Below are positions 12,145 to 22,854 of a DNA stretch of 64,000 bases, one piece after another. Under the pieces are notes generated by a model. The model was given only the letters and a program-made list of their open reading frames with translations. It did no database searches and was not told the origin of the DNA. The translations under genes were made by a program, and so were the position numbers. The first letter of the stretch is position 1. Every line of letters begins with the position of its first letter. Where the stretch lies: assembly GCA_009602735.1 (NCBI GenBank), contig WELA01002297.1:409961-473960 (forward strand), given 5' to 3'. This DNA comes from Mesotaenium endlicherianum (lineage: Eukaryota).

Positions 12145-13617
12145 ATGGTAAGGATGAGGTCTCAAACTAGCAACTCCCGAGACATGGCGAACCAGGATAA
12201 CGAGAATGTCGAAAACCAAGCGGAAAGCCATGTAGCGGGAACCCGTACCTATCCTGAAGCAGTGGCAGATATTGCAGCTAGAGAGGCTGCAGATGAGGCA
12301 GCTGCTATTGCCGCAGTCGCAGCGCAGCAAGCTGAGGAGGAGAGAGCCAGATTAGAAGCTGAACAATTAGCAAAGGCTGCTGAACATACAGAAAGGAGGG
12401 AAGGACAGCCAGCTGACGAGCGCACGGTTGAAGAACTTATGGCATCGAGGGCCAATGTTCTGAACCCACCTCCTGCTGTACAACTCAATGTACCCCTAGG
12501 TCAAATACGTGACCTGCTGAATGCGGCAGGAATTGCTGCTGCAGGAGCGAGAGGGACTGTTGAGGTCACTACTCGGCGAGTAAATGCCAATGCTGCTGCT
12601 GCATTTGCTAGACTACCACCCCAGAGTGTACACTTGGGAGCATTGTTCGTTCAAATGCAGTCGCAAATGGCGACCATGTATCAGTCCAAACAGGAGGACA
12701 AAAGAATCATAATGTCTCTACTGCGGGACAAAGACCAACTGGGTTCTCAAACCACTGGTGGTTGTGGCAGAGGGCCTAGTAAGCCCAAGCCAAAACCTCC
12801 CCAGGACTATGATCCTGAGGGAAACAGGAAATATTACCTGATCAAGTTTCTCGCGGATGTTGAGCAGTGGCTGGAGAACTACCCAGAACTGCAAGAGTAC
12901 AAGAAGGTCAGGCACACCGGTGCGCTACTGAAAGGCAGTGCCGCAGACTGGTGGCTATACTGGAAAGGGGAGCGTAAGGCTCAGCAACTCGGTGACCCTA
13001 CGTGGGTAGAGTTTGTCGAGAAGTTGCATGAGAAGTTTGATGTCATCAACCAGCAGGAGAAAGCTATCTATGCGATGATCTCCCTGACACTGAAGCAGAC
13101 CACTTCAGTTGCTGAGTTTGCTCAAAAGTTCCAGGAGAACATGATGAAACAGCCAGACTTGCCAAAACGGTATAGGATAGCATACTTCAGGTATGGCTTG
13201 AAATCAGAAGTCTCTGGTCATTTTGGTGAGAAAAAATATGAGAAACTGGCTGACTTGATCCAAGATGCAGATGCCTGGGATCAGCAGCAGTTCAATCACA
13301 AGCGCCAGAGTAATGCTTTGGTGTCTAATATTGTCAAAAAGCCCCACGGTTCCTACAATGCAATGGAAGGATACCAGGCAGAGGATGATTTGGGTGATGA
13401 ATATGAGTATAATGCTATACAGTCTAGAGGAAGAGGTGGTTTCTCTCGACGCGGCTATGGAAGAGGTGGTGGTAGGACTAAGCCGAGACCAGCCTCAGCA
13501 AAATCTACTTGCTTCCATTGCCAGCAGCCAGGTCACATCAGAGCGCAGTGTCCAGACAAGCACCTCCCAAAGGTCAAGAGAAATGACCAGCCTTTAAAAA
13601 ACAGCAACAGTCAGTAA
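12145..13617 (+). CDS. gag: Gag of family A (retrotransposon gag domain, RGG tract, CCHC zinc knuckle)
   Basis: Open 490 aa; LKGSAADWW, TWVEFVEKLHEKF, LKQTTSVAEF, CFHCQQPGHIRAQC. Confidence 0.92.
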   Translation: MVRMRSQTSNSRDMANQDNENVENQAESHVAGTRTYPEAVADIAAREAADEAAAIAAVAAQQAEEERARLEAEQLAKAAEHTERREGQPADERTVEELMASRANVLNPPPAVQLNVPLGQIRDLLNAAGIAAAGARGTVEVTTRRVNANAAAAFARLPPQSVHLGALFVQMQSQMATMYQSKQEDKRIIMSLLRDKDQLGSQTTGGCGRGPSKPKPKPPQDYDPEGNRKYYLIKFLADVEQWLENYPELQEYKKVRHTGALLKGSAADWWLYWKGERKAQQLGDPTWVEFVEKLHEKFDVINQQEKAIYAMISLTLKQTTSVAEFAQKFQENMMKQPDLPKRYRIAYFRYGLKSEVSGHFGEKKYEKLADLIQDADAWDQQQFNHKRQSNALVSNIVKKPHGSYNAMEGYQAEDDLGDEYEYNAIQSRGRGGFSRRGYGRGGGRTKPRPASAKSTCFHCQQPGHIRAQCPDKHLPKVKRNDQPLKNSNSQ

Positions 13618-13640
13618 TCCAGTCTACTGACTGTGAGGAT
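13593..13640 (+). promoter_or_regulatory. Putative -1 ribosomal frameshift signal (slippery heptamer plus stem-loop or pseudoknot)
   Basis: T TTA AAA AAC in gag frame (A AAA AAC 13596-13602); perfect 10-bp stem 13607-13616 / 13625-13634; the -1 frame is open ~80 codons. Confidence 0.7.
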
Positions 13641-16600
13641 GCTAGAGATAGTGAGTCGTCACTAGCTGCCCTCGTAGCAGGTATTATGGGTCCTGCTAAA
13701 TTGGATTCACTATGCATGCCTGACAACCAGATAAAGGAGACCATTAGCAATATAGATCTCCAGAGAGTGCACAATCTGGATGATCTTGTTCCACCTGATG
13801 TTCAATATTTCTTTGCTAAGTCAGGAGAACAATGCGAAAGCTAGGAAAAGACAATCCCCCCTATCCTAATGCAGTCCTATCCTACTGCAATGCATGAATG
13901 CAGGTAGGAAGGTGAGGGCATTTGTTGACGAAGGGGCGTCACATACTTTTATCCATAAGGACTTAGTTAAGTGGCTAAGGCTGCCTACTGTCACCCAAGG
14001 GAATAGAAAAATATTCCTTGGAGATCCCGAGAGGAGTTATAACCAAGCCTATTGAGGTCCAGTTAGGTTCTGGCACTGCAGTTCTAACTGAAACGCTTAC
14101 ATTTGAGGTACTCAACACTGGCTTTTATGATCTCGTGCTAGGCAGGTCCTGGCTTAATGGACATCAAACTGAAGTGTGTTGGAGCACAGGTACAGTTAAA
14201 GTGAGAGGAGCCAGTGACGGGCAGACTAACTTAGCACCCACCAGTGCTCTTCCTCTTGTCCTGTGTGGATGGCAATTGAAGGAAAAGAAGAGGCTTCCAG
14301 AAGGATGCAAGTTGCTGGATGCAATGGAGTTCGTCAAAAGCTGGAACCAGAAGGAAGACAGAATATTCAGTCTGCTGCTACGAGAGGTATCTCCTCAACC
14401 TGAAGAAGTGGTGGAGAAAAAGCTAAGCCCTCCGGAGCACTCTACTGCTGCAAAAATTGTTGCTCAATACATGGATGTATTTAACATGCCTCCAGGACTA
14501 CCCCCTAAGAGGGAAGTAGATCATAGGATTGATTTATTACCTGGGAGTCAACCACCCTGGCAACGCACTTATGGCTTGTCTTATGTGGAGAGCGAGGAGT
14601 TGAAATCACAGATTGTAGAGCTTGAGGGAAATGGTTATATTTCTCCCAGTAATTCACCTTACGGCGCACCCATCCTATTTGTTAAGAAAAAGGATGACCT
14701 TACAATGGCAGTATGCGGATGTGTGTGGATTACAGAGCTTTGAACAGAATTACAATAAAGAACAAGTATGCTTTATCCAGAATCGAGGACTTGCTTGATA
14801 CCCTGTCTGGTGCTAAGGTGTTCAGTAAGGTTGATCTCAAGAGTGGTTATCATCAAATCAGAATTGCTGAGGGGGATGAACACAAGACTGCCTTCCGAAC
14901 ACGTTATGAACACTATGAGTTCAACGTGATGCCATTTGGACTGACTAATGCTCCTGCGACCTTCATGGGTGCTATGAATGACATTTTCAGACCTTATTTG
15001 GATAAGTTTGTGTAAGTTTTCCTGGATGATATTTTAATTTTCTCCAAATATGAAGTTCAGCACATTGAACACTTAAAGACAGTCATGGACATTCTGAGAT
15101 AAAATCACATATATGCTAAAATGAGCAAGTTTGATTTCTTTAAAGAAAGTATTGAGTTCTTAGGCCACGTTGTCAGTAAAGAAGGCATCAGTGTGGATTC
15201 TAAGAAAGTCCAGACCTTAAGGGACTGGCCAGTACCAGAGTCTGTCTCTGAAGTTAGATCCTTCCTCGGGTTGGCTAACTACTATAGGAGATTTGTTGAG
15301 AACTATTCTACAAAGGCCAGTAAACTGACTGACCTTACTAAGAAAGACATAGGGTATGTGTGGGGGGAAGAGCAGCAGGCTGCCTTCCAGACCCTTAAAG
15401 ATGCTCTTTGTTCTGCTCCGGAGCTAGCCGTGTATGACCCCAGCAAACCGATGCGGGTGGTCACTGATGCCTCTGACTTTGCTATGGGTGCTATTTTGTT
15501 GCAACCTGCAGACAAAACCACAAAGGATGGTGAGGTACGGCAGGATTGGCATCCTGTGTTGTATGAGTCTATGAAATTTGATCCAGCGGAGATTAATTAC
15601 TCAGTGCATGATAAAGAGCTGCTAGCTATCATTCATGTGCTCAAACAGTGGAGAGCATACTTACATGGTAAAGTTTTTAAGGTGATTACAGATCATCTAG
15701 CTCTGACTCACTTTCAGAAGAAGTCCAAGCTGTCGAGGAGGGAGAACCGCTGGAGCCAGATGCTGGAGCAGTTCCAAGTCCAGATTGACTATAAACCAAG
15801 GAAGTTCAATCCTGCTGATGCACTCTCTAGAAGACCTGACTTGCAAGAAAGGAACTTTAGTCAGCATGCTGTAGATAAAGTCCTGTGTGCACTCACTTCA
15901 CTAAAGGTGAAAAAGTCCTTCCTTGCACAACTTAGGAAAGCCTACCTTTCTGACCCAACATTTGAGCCCAGCCCCACTACTGGTATGTGTCGTGCTACTG
16001 CACTCGGGTATAAGCTTAAGGGAGGGGTCTGGGTGACTGAAACCACTTCAGGCAGGCTGAAGCTGGTCATTCGTAATAACGTGGACATAAGGTCCCTTTT
16101 ATTGAGTCAAGCACATGACAGTTTACTGGGTGGGCATTTGGAGCAGGCCAAAACTATTGGCAAACTGGCAAAACATTATCATTGGGAGGGTTCACCTCGG
16201 AAGGTCTTGAAATACGTTAAGTCGTGTGACCAGTGTCAAAAGAATAAGTCTAGGCACACACAACCGGGGGGCCTCTTACAACCGTTGCCCATCCCAGTTG
16301 GCCGCTGGGAAACAATATCTATGGACTGGGTGGTCACCCTGCCACAAACTGCCAATGGGCATGATTCGATACTAGTAGTTGTGGATAAACTGAAAAAAAT
16401 GGTCATTTTCATCCCGACAACTGTCAAAGTAACTGCACTCAAAACAGCAAGACAGTTCTACAACCATGTAGTATGCCAACATGGGCTACCCTCTAATATA
16501 ATCTTAGACAGGGACTCAAATTTACCTCTAAGTTCTGGAGGGATTTAATGGGGTTAATGGGAGTCAAACAGCTGCTCAGCACAGCAAACCACCCTCAGAC

Positions 16601-17417
16601 TGATGGGCAGACTGAAAGAACTAATTGAGTTCTGCAAGAGGTACTGAGAGCCTATATTAACCAAAAACAAGATAATTGGGATGACCTGTTACCCCAAATC
16701 CAATTTGCGGTCAACAATGCGGTGCACGCGTCAACGGGCAAGACTCCTTTTCAACTAAGCCTGGGTAGAGTCCATAAGTCTCCTTTACATTTCCTAGGGG
16801 AGTCATTAACTCACCTTGAAGGGATTGACAATCCGGTCTCCCTCCAATTAACTCAGGAGTTTGCTGACACCCTGTCAGAAGTCCAGCAGAACCTGCACAG
16901 AGCCCAAGAAAACCAACAAAAGTACGCTAATCAGCACCGTCGAGCACTGACCTTTTCTAAAGGCGATTTGGTCAAACTGCATTCTGAGCACCTGTACCTC
17001 CCTGGTGTGGTCAAGAAAAATCTTAGCCCTGTCTGGGTCGCTCCATATTTGGTGGTGCGTCGTGTCGGTAAGAATGCTTACAAACTGAACATGTCAGCCG
17101 AATACATGGGTCATCTGGTCTTTAATGTCTCCTTCTTCGAACCATACATCAAAGGTGACACTCTGTTCACAGGTCGGTTACCTGTCCAACCAGGACTGGT
17201 CCCCGCTGTCCGGGAAGGTGGCCCTGAGGAATATGAGGTTGAGGAGATTTTAGACGCGCGCTTGGTCCGTCGATTGTCTAAATGTGTCATGAAGTACCTC
17301 ATTCGATGAAAGGGTTACGATGCCTCTTGGGACACTTGGGAATTTAAAGACCATTTGACTAATGCCAAAGGGGCGTTGAAACGGTTCGACCTTCGGGCGG
17401 CTGGTGCACCTCCCTAA
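13602..17417 (+). pseudogene. pol: Family A pol (protease, RT, RNase H, integrase, chromodomain), disrupted
   Basis: [63 protein letters not shown]...WDTWE. Several stops and frameshifts. Confidence 0.93.
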
Positions 17418-17441
17418 CAGTCATTCCAGTCGACACGGGAA

Positions 17442-17480
17442 GGTGACAGAAGGTCCTGTCTCCATTTAAGTTGGAGGGGA
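17442..17480 (+). promoter_or_regulatory. Internal hairpin plus polypurine-tract-like motif after pol
   Basis: GACAG-aaggtc-CTGTC then TTAAGTTGGAGGG, identical core to the true PPT before the 3' LTR; also at 59096-59107. Confidence 0.6.
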
Positions 17481-17811
17481 AAATATATGACAGTTAGTGT
17501 GCGAGAGCGAGAAAGGGACAGTTATGTGAACCCCAAGTGTCAGCATAGTGACAGAGGGGACAGCGTGGCCCACATAAAGCACCTTTAGCTGAAGGAAAAA
17601 GGGCCTCGCACAGCCATACATCACTTAAAACACCTGAAAACACATTCATACGTTCATGTCTAGCGCACCGCAACTACGTCAACTCCTAGCAATCACCCTG
17701 TAAGGTAAACAGGAACAAATACACCATACTAATACGAACTTACTCCCTTCCTGCAACTTCTAGGACAGAGGTCGATATCCTACTAACTTGTGCCCTGGTT
17801 ACATGTGCAGA

Positions 17812-19077
17812 ATGGCTCCCACCACACAAAAGGAGGACATAAAGCGCAAGGCAGAAGAAGCCAGGAGGACAATGGAGCAATACCAGAAGGAGCCGGAGGC
17901 GACGTCCCTCACCAGGAGAGAACAAGAAAGGGTCTGCAAACAACAAGAGGCGGCAAAAGAAGCACAGAGAAAGAAGGATCAAGAAGCAAAAAACCTCAGG
18001 AAAGCTAAGGAGGAGAGACAGAAGAAACAACAAGAAGAAGCGGCAGCGGCAGAGGAGGAGAGAAGGAAAAAGGCGGAAGCAAACAGGCAGAAGAGCTTGG
18101 CCACTTACAGGTATACTGTGGTCGGTGGCCAAAATTTTGATAACCTGAAGGAAGCATTGCTGGCAGCCCAGGAGATCAACAAGCTGGAACAGACAACACT
18201 GCTACAGAGGGAAGGAACTGCAGCACTGGATAGGTACATTGAGACACACACTGGTGTGGTCCTCTACGAGGATTATGCCAAGATGGTGGGCTATATAGCA
18301 GAGCAGGCCCGATACCTTGTCGATGATTCAGAGAACAAGCCAGTCCCAATACCGGGAATAGTGGGAGATCAGAGACTCATCAGGATGGTGAGCATACGGC
18401 CCAATAGCTTTAAAGACACGGTATTCTACCTCACACTATTGCCAGCTTACAATGAAGTTGAGAGAAGGAGCTGGGAGTACTTGGCCAGGGAAGCAGGACA
18501 GCAGATGTTCTCTCCCCACTGGTTCTTATGTAAATTGAGAAAGGCTGAGCATGGACCCCAGTACTACCAGCAGCCAACAGACTGGAGGTGGATGACCGTC
18601 ACAAAAAAAAAGCAGGAGTGTGACCGAGCCCAACCCGACGATTTCCACTATGGCCTAGACGGCTACCTCATCCTACCACCTCACATTGCCCCTTGGGACC
18701 CCAGGCTGAATGGCTGCCTGAGCAATATGAATGCAGAGACCAAAGAGCACAGGAGGAGGTGGAGAGACTACTTTTCTAAGGGAAAGCATGCCTTCGTCAA
18801 ATGGGCGAAGAACGCAGGCCGGATAGATATCAGCAGGCTGAAGGCCAAGCAACCTCCAGCGCGCCCTAAGAAAGGGAGATCAGTAGACTACTCCATGTCT
18901 ATTAGGGAGCAGGACGACTTAGTTGACAAGACTCCTACTCTCTCAGAGGAGGAGGATGAGGGGGATGAGGAAGAAGAACAAGGCAGAGGAGAAGCATCAG
19001 GATCTGGTACTCAAGAGACCCAGGGGCAGGCAGGGGCACTTCCTAAGGAACCACAAGATCAGGTATATGGAATGTGA
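17812..19077 (+). CDS. Extra ORF of family A retrotransposon, unknown function (421 aa; charged coiled-coil N-terminus, aromatic-rich core, acidic tail)
   Basis: Uninterrupted ORF between pol and 3' LTR; ATG at 17812 directly after a TACTAAC...TGCAG acceptor; no hydrophobic TM segment seen. Confidence 0.75.
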   Translation: MAPTTQKEDIKRKAEEARRTMEQYQKEPEATSLTRREQERVCKQQEAAKEAQRKKDQEAKNLRKAKEERQKKQQEEAAAAEEERRKKAEANRQKSLATYRYTVVGGQNFDNLKEALLAAQEINKLEQTTLLQREGTAALDRYIETHTGVVLYEDYAKMVGYIAEQARYLVDDSENKPVPIPGIVGDQRLIRMVSIRPNSFKDTVFYLTLLPAYNEVERRSWEYLAREAGQQMFSPHWFLCKLRKAEHGPQYYQQPTDWRWMTVTKKKQECDRAQPDDFHYGLDGYLILPPHIAPWDPRLNGCLSNMNAETKEHRRRWRDYFSKGKHAFVKWAKNAGRIDISRLKAKQPPARPKKGRSVDYSMSIREQDDLVDKTPTLSEEEDEGDEEEEQGRGEASGSGTQETQGQAGALPKEPQDQVYGM

Positions 19078-19573
19078 TCCCAATCATGGAGGCAACTGGA
19101 CCTCGCACTCGCTCCCCCAGCCCACCTGCCCAAGCAGGGGAAGAAGCTGATCTGACTGTACTTGGCAGCAGACACCGGCAGAAATCCCCAGAGGACAGGG
19201 GTGCCGGAAGAGGGACACGCGGGGTGGCTAGAAGTATGCCGGCCTCCCCCTTTGCTCAGGGACATGTACCTCTTGCCAATGTATTTCAGCATCCTACTGG
19301 AATGCCTGTCTATGTGGGCCCTGGGGATCAACACCCAAGTGGGTGAAGAACAGGCTATTGTCCTTCGTTCTCCTCGAGATCCAACTTTAGAACAAACGGG
19401 GTTCTTTAGAAGGCCAGCTGACAGACCTAGAGGGCTGTCCAGATCTAGGTTCAGATCTTGATCTCCTGATCTTGAAGCCCCAAGAACAACCCCCTAGGTG
19501 ACAGGCTGAAGAGGCAGTCAATGGGGGAGGCTGGTCAGGTTTAGTTCCCTTATATTAGACTTCTGCAGTTTAA

Positions 19574-19609
19574 TGTTGTCGAGGCGACAACAAGTTAAGT
19601 TGGAGGGAT
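19574..19609 (+). promoter_or_regulatory. Hairpin plus polypurine tract preceding 3' LTR
   Basis: TGTTGTCG-agg-CGACAACA then AGTTAAGTTGGAGGGAT abutting TGTAATG. Confidence 0.8.
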
Positions 19610-20325
19610 TGTAATGAATCAGTATATTAGTAGATATAATATTCATTTAAATTTAGTAGTTATTTAAGTTCAACCTACTGAACTCTAGTTGATAATCAGT
19701 CTGCTGGACTTTATATTTAATATCAGTTTAATGACTCAGCCGGAAGCAGCTGAAGTCAACTTAAGTCAGCTTGCTGACACATTTTTTGACAGCCAGCTGA
19801 CTTCCGTACTCGGTAGCAGCGAACTGCCTCGATATGCATCTAAGTGTGATATGCTAGATGAATGGCCAGATGACATCCCTATGATAAATGCCGATTCGGG
19901 ATGTTGGTGGATGGCGGTGGATTTGGTTAACCGAGGTCCTACGAACGTGGTTGACTTCCGGGTAGGCGGTGCCATCGCACTGGCCGTTGAACAGTAAACT
20001 CATTCCATGTACATATGCTAGGCATTGCTCTCGAGTTCGGCATTCAAAAACGAGGCCAACTCTCTTGTACAGCTTACTGAGAGGGATCTGAATCCAAGGC
20101 GTGAAGCCATTGATACGCACCGTCTTCTAACCTTGCTTATGTATGAGTTTACTGATTGCATCATTGATGCTAGTTTACTCGCATTTGACTTACGAGTATT
20201 GTTCACTGCTAGTGTGTTGTCCTTTGCTGTTTAACCAATCAACTAAAAATACCATAAAGATTACTTGCTGATATGAAGATCTTTATTCATTATTAATTGC
20301 CTATTAGGTAAGTCGATTTATGTCA
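19610..20325 (+). repeat. Family A 3' LTR
   Basis: TGTAATG...TGTCA; homologous to 11409-12110 with a ~20-bp indel and substitutions. Confidence 0.92.
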
Positions 20326-22854
20326 GCGGGCGTCTGCAACACTGCAGCAGCCAGCCAGCCCAGACTAAAACACAACAGGGGCAAGCATGGCAACCCCGAC
20401 TAAAGCAAAACAGGGGCTAGCAGCTGCAGCCCAACCAAAACAAGCAAGGTGCGCAAAATTAGACACACTCACGCAGATGACAGCAGGCAGCAGGCAGCAG
20501 GCCATGGGACATTAACAACCCCCCAACAAGAAGTCGAAGGCACATGCGGGCAAGTGTGGCCAGGCTGGCAGCGAGAAAAGAACAAAGGGAGAGGCAGCAG
20601 GCCATTAATCAGGGTGGAGCGAGAAAGAGTGAATTTGGAGGGGGGGAGGGAAGGCACCTTAAGCACGTGTCGGAGCTGGGCTGTTGTGCAGTTGCCGACT
20701 CGCATTTTTACAACTAGGCTTGCTTCACAAAAGTTAAAAAACAAGAGGCAGGCAAAGTGGGAGGTGGCCGCTGGCAGAAAGTCAGAGCAGCAGATCACAA
20801 ATGGTAGCACATATAACAGTACACGACAAAAGACAAGCAGCAAGTGTCCCTGAAGGACACACACACGCCAACCAAGGAAGCTAGCACTAACATACGATCT
20901 TGAAATGTGCACTAGAGACAAAACATGGTAGCACATAACAGCAGCAGTCACAAATACTTCTCAACAACACACACGTCGAAAGAGGAGCAGCAGCAAGTGC
21001 TCGCTAACAAGCACAACATGGAAAGAGGGAGGATGAAAGGACATGGTACCTCATGCAAGTGCTGGGAGACAAGTCTTACTTCATAGGCACAAGGGCTATT
21101 GAATCTGCGGACGCAGCTCTTTCACGAGCCTGCCTCACACAAGATCAAACAGGAACAACGTTGTAAAACAAGTTGCAGACTCGACAAATAGCAAAGGCAC
21201 AAGACTTGCAAGAAGGCAACACGTGAGGGGGCACACATGAGCAGCGGTTGGCGACTGTTGAGAATGTAAACTAGCAATTGCAAATACAAACAGGGCAACT
21301 TTGGCAAAACAGGCGCAGCAGAACAGAGGAACTGTAAAAGCAGCAAGCAATTAAGGACAAGCAAAAAGTGATCGACCATGAAAGAGAGCAGGAAAGAGGA
21401 GAATGGCGGGGCATGGCACCTGATGCGTAGGGTGGAAGACGGTTTGTCTTCAAAGGGCGCAAGGGGCGGCAAGTTCGAGCACTTCCTTCTCTAAGCTGCG
21501 CTGGTCCCACAATGTACAAAAATATGCAACAGTTATAAAAGAAGTATCTGGTAACAGGCAGCCAGTAATGAACATACAAGAGGCCAGGCAAAGGGGCAAT
21601 AATTGAAGCCTGGCAGCATGCGACAGAACATGTCCAATTAACCAGGGTTATGCCGTACGCTTGTACGGTTAGTTCGACTAGTACGCCAGTTTGCTTAGAT
21701 CGGTGTTCAAACAAATGGACTAGTTCGCTTAATACGCTTAGTACGCTAACGTCACGACGGTGTCGACGTCCAGCAGCTACAACGTCGACGTTTCATGTCG
21801 GTCGCACGTGTAAAGTAACCACGTCGTGTCAGACTGTTTATTTCGTTTAAAATGGCAAGGTATTTTTTTCAGGCAATTTTGGACTTTTCTCTGCCCGCTT
21901 TGCAGCTACAAGTCCCGAAAAATATTTGTAACTTCGTCTAGTACAGGACGTCGGCAAGCGGGTTTGAACACCCGCCACCGGGTGCAGGGATAGGATAATG
22001 CTCAACGTGCCATGCACGTTTCTCTGTCGCAAATCTATCGGGATTGGTTATGGAGCTTATGAGTCAGATATGTTGCAAAAACAAATGGTGGAAAACAATT
22101 TCAAAAAAAATAAATCCATTTTGGCTTCGGGCGCCAGCCGACGGTCTTAAACTCCCGCCACCGACTGTAGGGAGCGACGCCTTACCAATGTTTCATATTA
22201 TGCAATCTATGTCAAAAGGCTTTTGCGATTGTGTAATATTGGGTGTTTTAATCTACTGCTTTTCCATGTACAATCCGACAACATCAATCATGCCAAAGCT
22301 GGGAGGGCCGCTTAGTAGAGCTGTTTTTTGTACTTCCCAATTTATTTATTAATTGAATTAGGACGTTTAGGAGTATCATTACTTCTTAATCGAGTAGAAG
22401 AAGCTTCAATGAAGAGGTATAGATATGATTCAATTTCTTAGCAAGCATGTGTAAGAATTAAGAAGTTCTTATAAATGCCACATTTAAGAATGACTGAACT
22501 TCAACTTAGAATTATTTTCATACGCACTAACACTAGGAGAACCGCTTAGCAAAGCATGGTTTTTTGTACTTTCTAACTAGTTGATTGATTCAACAAAAAG
22601 ACTTAGGAGCATCGTTACTTCCTATACAAGTAAAATAAGCTTTAATGAAGACAAACATGATTTAATCTCTTAGCAAGCATGCATGAGAGGTTAGAGGTAA
22701 TCCATATAATGTATATCATTCACACAAAGTGCAACATTGCATGAAGTCATAATGCACCAAATATTAACTTCAAATGTATTCATTTTCTCAACTTCCATTC
22801 TCTTTAATATGTACAAGCTACCTTTAGAACATACAAGTTAGCTGAACGACACAT

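Larger units (their letters stand above)
11409..20325 (+). mobile_element. Family A Ty3/Gypsy chromovirus with two LTRs and an extra 3' ORF; no matching TSD
   Basis: LTRs 11409-12110 and 19610-20325; PBS, gag, PR-RT-RH-INT-chromodomain order, PPT. Flanks AAAGG and GCGGG differ. Confidence 0.93.

Noticed and set aside
17812..19077. Calling the extra ORF env
   Set aside because: No signal peptide, fusion-peptide-like segment or TM anchor is visible.
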